Of a stretch of DNA of 38,359 nt, positions 35,436 through 38,359 are shown in pieces. Both the position numbers and the translations under genes were made by a program. Position 1 is the first letter of the stretch. Each line of letters starts with the position of its first letter. The stretch lies in the NCBI GenBank assembly GCA_002189035.1, contig NEEC01000218.1:1-38359 (forward strand). The letters are read 5' to 3'. This DNA comes from Utricularia gibba. Its lineage: Eukaryota; Plantae; Magnoliophyta. Under the pieces are notes generated by a model. The model was not told the DNA's origin. It searched no databases and saw only the letters and a program-made list of their open reading frames with translations.

Positions 35436-38359
35436 GGGCCCGAGCTCGACTCGACCTCCTGCTCGATACCGTTGCCCCACGAGAGCGCCTTCAAATATAA
35501 AGCATGCGGTTGAGAAAACCATTTTGGGTGCTCATGAATCCTAACTTCAATAACTGCATCACGATTTTCGTCGAGTAGGACCCGATGTGGCAAAGGAGTC
35601 AGACCGAACCTTGGTCAGAACGAAGTTCCAACGACATCACCCGCCCAGAAACGACAAGCTTTTCTTGAGAAACTATGTAGGCAGCCTATAAAGCCGAACG
35701 TTAATAAATGCATCAATTTTTTTGCCGGGCTACAAATGACTCTGGGCCGAGCTCGACTCGACCTCCTGCTCGATACCGTTGCCCCACGAGAGCGCCTTAT
35801 CAAATATAAAGCATGCGGTTGAGAAAACCATTTTGGGTGCTCATGAATCCTAACTTCAATAACTGCATCACGATTTTCGTCGAGTAGGACCCGATGTGGC
35901 AAAGGAGTCAGACCGAACCTGGTCAGAACGAAGTTCCAAAAGACATCACCCGCCCAGAAACGACAAGCTTTTCCTTGAGAAACTATGTAGGCAGCCTAAT
36001 AAAGCCGAACGTTAATAAATGCATCAATTTTTTTTGCCGGGCTACAAATGACTCTGGGCCGAGCTCGACTCGACCTCCTGCTCGATACCGTTGCCCACGA
36101 GAGTGCCTTATCAAATATAAAGCATGCGGTTGAGAAAACCATTTTGGGTGCTCATGATATCCTAACTTCAATAACTGCATCACGATTTTCGTCGAGTAGG
36201 ACCCGATGTGGCAAAGGAGTCAGACCGAACCTATGGTCAGAACGAAGTTCCAAAAGACATCACCCGCCAGAAACGACAAGCTTTTCCTTGAGAAACCATG
36301 TAGGCAGCCTATTAAAACCCAACGTTAATAAATGCATCACTTTTTTTTGACAGGCTAAAAATGACTCTGGGAGCGAGCCCGACTCGACCTTTTGCCCGAT
36401 ACCGTTGCCCCACTAGAGCGCCTCCTCAACTACAAAGCATGCGATTGACAAAAGCATTTTGGGTGCTCATGAAATCCTAACTTCAATAACTGCATCACGA
36501 TTTTCGTCGAGTAGGACCAGATTTGGCAAAGGAGACAGACCGAACCTTGGTCAGAACGAAGTTCACAACGACATCACCCGCCAAAAACGACAAGCTTTTC
36601 CTTGAGAAAACCATTGAGGCAGCCTATTAAAACCAACCGTTAATAAATGCATCAAGTTTTTTGCCGAGCTACAAATGACTATGGGCCCGAGCTCGACTCG
36701 ACCTCCTACTCGATACCGTTGCCCACGAGAGCCTTATCAAATATAAAGCATGCGGTTGAGAAAACCATTTTGGGTGCTCATGAAATCCTAACTTCAATAA
36801 CTGCATCACGATTTTCGTCGAGTAGGACCCGATGTGGCAAAGGAGTCAGACCGAACCTATGGTCAGAACGAAGTTCCATCACCCGCCAGAAACGACAAGC
36901 TTTTCCTTGAGAAACCATGTAGGCAGCCTATTAAAACCAACGTTAATAAATGCATCACTTTTTTGACAGGCTAAAAATGACTCTGGGAGCGAGCCGACTC
37001 GACCTTTTTGCCCGATACCGTGCCCACTAGAGCGCCTCCTCAACTACAAAGCATGCGATTGACAAAAGCATTTTGGGTGCTCATGAAATCCTAACTTCAA
37101 TAACTGCATCACGATTTTCGTCGAGTAGGACCAGATTGGCAAAGGAGACAGACCGAACCTTGGGTCAGAACGAAGTTCACAACGACATCACCGCCCAAAA
37201 AAACGACAAGCTTTTCCTTGAGAAACCATTGAGGCAGCCTATTAAAACCAACCGTTAATAAATGCATCAAGTTTTTTGCCGAGCTACAAATGACTATGGG
37301 CCGAGCTCGACTCGACTCCTACTCGATACCGTTGCCCCAGAGCACCTTATCAAATATAAAGCATGCGGTTGAGAAAACCATTTTGGGTGCTCATGAAATC
37401 CTAACTTCAATAACTGCATCACGATTTTCGTCGAGTAGGACCGATGTGGCAAAGGAGTCAGACCGAACGGTCAGAACGAAGTTCCAAAAGACATCACCCC
37501 GCCAGAAACGACAAGCTTTTCCTTGAGAACCATGTAGGCAGCCTATTAAAACCAACGTTAATAAATGCATCAATTTTTTTTTGCCGGGCTACAAATGACT
37601 CTGGGGAGCTCGACTCGACTCCTGCTCGATACCGTTGCCCCACGAGAGCGCCTTATCAATAAAAGCATGCGGTTGAGAAAACCATTTTGGGTGCTCATGA
37701 AATCCTAACTTCAATAACTGCATCACGATTTTCGTCGAGTAGGACCCGATGTGGCAAAGGAGTCAGACCGAACCTATGGTCAGAACGAAGTTCAAAAGAC
37801 ATCACCCCCAAACGACAAGCTTTTCCTTGAGAAACCATGTAGGCAGCCTATTAAAACCAACGTTAATAAATGCATCATTTTTTGCAGGCTAAAATGACTC
37901 TGGGAGCGAGCCGACTCGACCTTTTGCCCGATACCGTGCCCACTAGAGCGCCTTCAACTACAAAGCATGCGATTGACAAAAGCATTTTGGGTGCTCATGA
38001 AATCCTAACTTCAATAACTGCATCACGATTTTCGTCGAGTAGGACCAGATTGGCAAAGGAGACAGACCGAACCTTGGTCAGAACGAAGTTCACAACGACA
38101 TCACCCGCCAAAAAACGACAAGCTTTTCCTTGAGAAACCATTGAGGCAGCCTATTAAAACCAACGTTAATAAATGCATCAAGTTTTTTGCCGAGCTACAA
38201 ATGACTATGGGCCGAGCTCGACTCGACCTCCTACTCGATACCGTTGCCCACGAGAGCACCTTATCAAATATAAAGCATGCGGTTGAGAAAACCATTTTGG
38301 GTGCTCATGAAATCCTAACTTCAATAACTGCATCACGATTTTCGTCGAGTAGGACCCGA
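35436..38359. repeat. Mixed tail: A', A, X-Y, X-Y, A/X, X-Y monomers
   Basis: Cores at ~35578, 35886, 36199, 36515, 36825, 37128, 37438, 37742, 38042 and 38351. More small deletions after ~36.8 kb. Confidence 0.7.

Larger units (their letters stand above)
1..38359. repeat. Tandem satellite DNA array, ~312-314 bp monomer, ~124 copies, single orientation, filling the whole window
   Basis: The 40-mer TAACTTCAATAACTGCATCACGATTTTCGTCGAGTAGGAC recurs about every 310 nt from 111 to the window end. CGAGCTCGAC starts at 7, 321, 634 and 940. No non-repeat sequence or inversion seen. Hand count of the A-type consensus gives ~47% GC. Confidence 0.99.
1..38359. repeat. Tentative family: Silene latifolia-type 313-bp subtelomeric satellite (SacI family / X43.1)
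   Basis: Monomer ~313 bp, ~53% AT, GAGCTC (SacI) in most monomers. These match what I recall of that family. I did not compare the sequence with a database entry. Confidence 0.5.

Noticed and set aside
38-38295. All ORFs in the six-frame track (e.g. the recurring MPHESALSNIKHAVEKTILGAH..., MHQVFCRATNDYGPELDST..., MELRSDHRFGLTPLPHRV... peptides)
   Set aside because: They are translations of the same monomer on both strands. They are short (max 177 aa), change frame with homopolymer indels, overlap each other and resemble no protein family I recognise.
1-38359. Transposon, LTR or inversion embedded in the array
   Set aside because: No non-satellite insert, terminal repeats, target-site duplication or strand switch found on reading the window end to end.

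Overview
The whole 38,359-nt window is one uninterrupted, single-orientation, head-to-tail satellite array. It has about 124 copies of a ~312-314 bp monomer (~53% AT by my hand count). I find no genes, RNA genes, transposons, CRISPR or unique sequence, and every ORF in the track is a translation of the same repeat. Length, AT content and a SacI site in most monomers fit my recollection of the 313-bp subtelomeric SacI/X43.1 satellite of the plant Silene latifolia; this is from memory and needs a BLAST. The interest is a nested hierarchy. (1) The monomer is an old dimer of ~156-158 bp halves. (2) Monomer classes (my labels A, A', B/X', X, Y, Y') form homogeneous runs and two kinds of dimer higher-order repeat (HOR), X-Y and B-A'. 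(3) X-Y-X'-Y' 4-mers of ~1.24 kb form two 6.5-kb blocks. (4) The class order over 1-17.6 kb recurs ~19.0 kb downstream with shared rare variants. Only the first copy has a ~193-bp deletion, at 16467/16468. Many 1-nt losses sit exactly on class-diagnostic positions, which suggests a noisy or partly collapsed long-read consensus, so fine-scale mosaics and even the 19-kb duplication need read-level confirmation. I see no evidence of a new gene-based system. Monomer classes and counts were assigned by eye.
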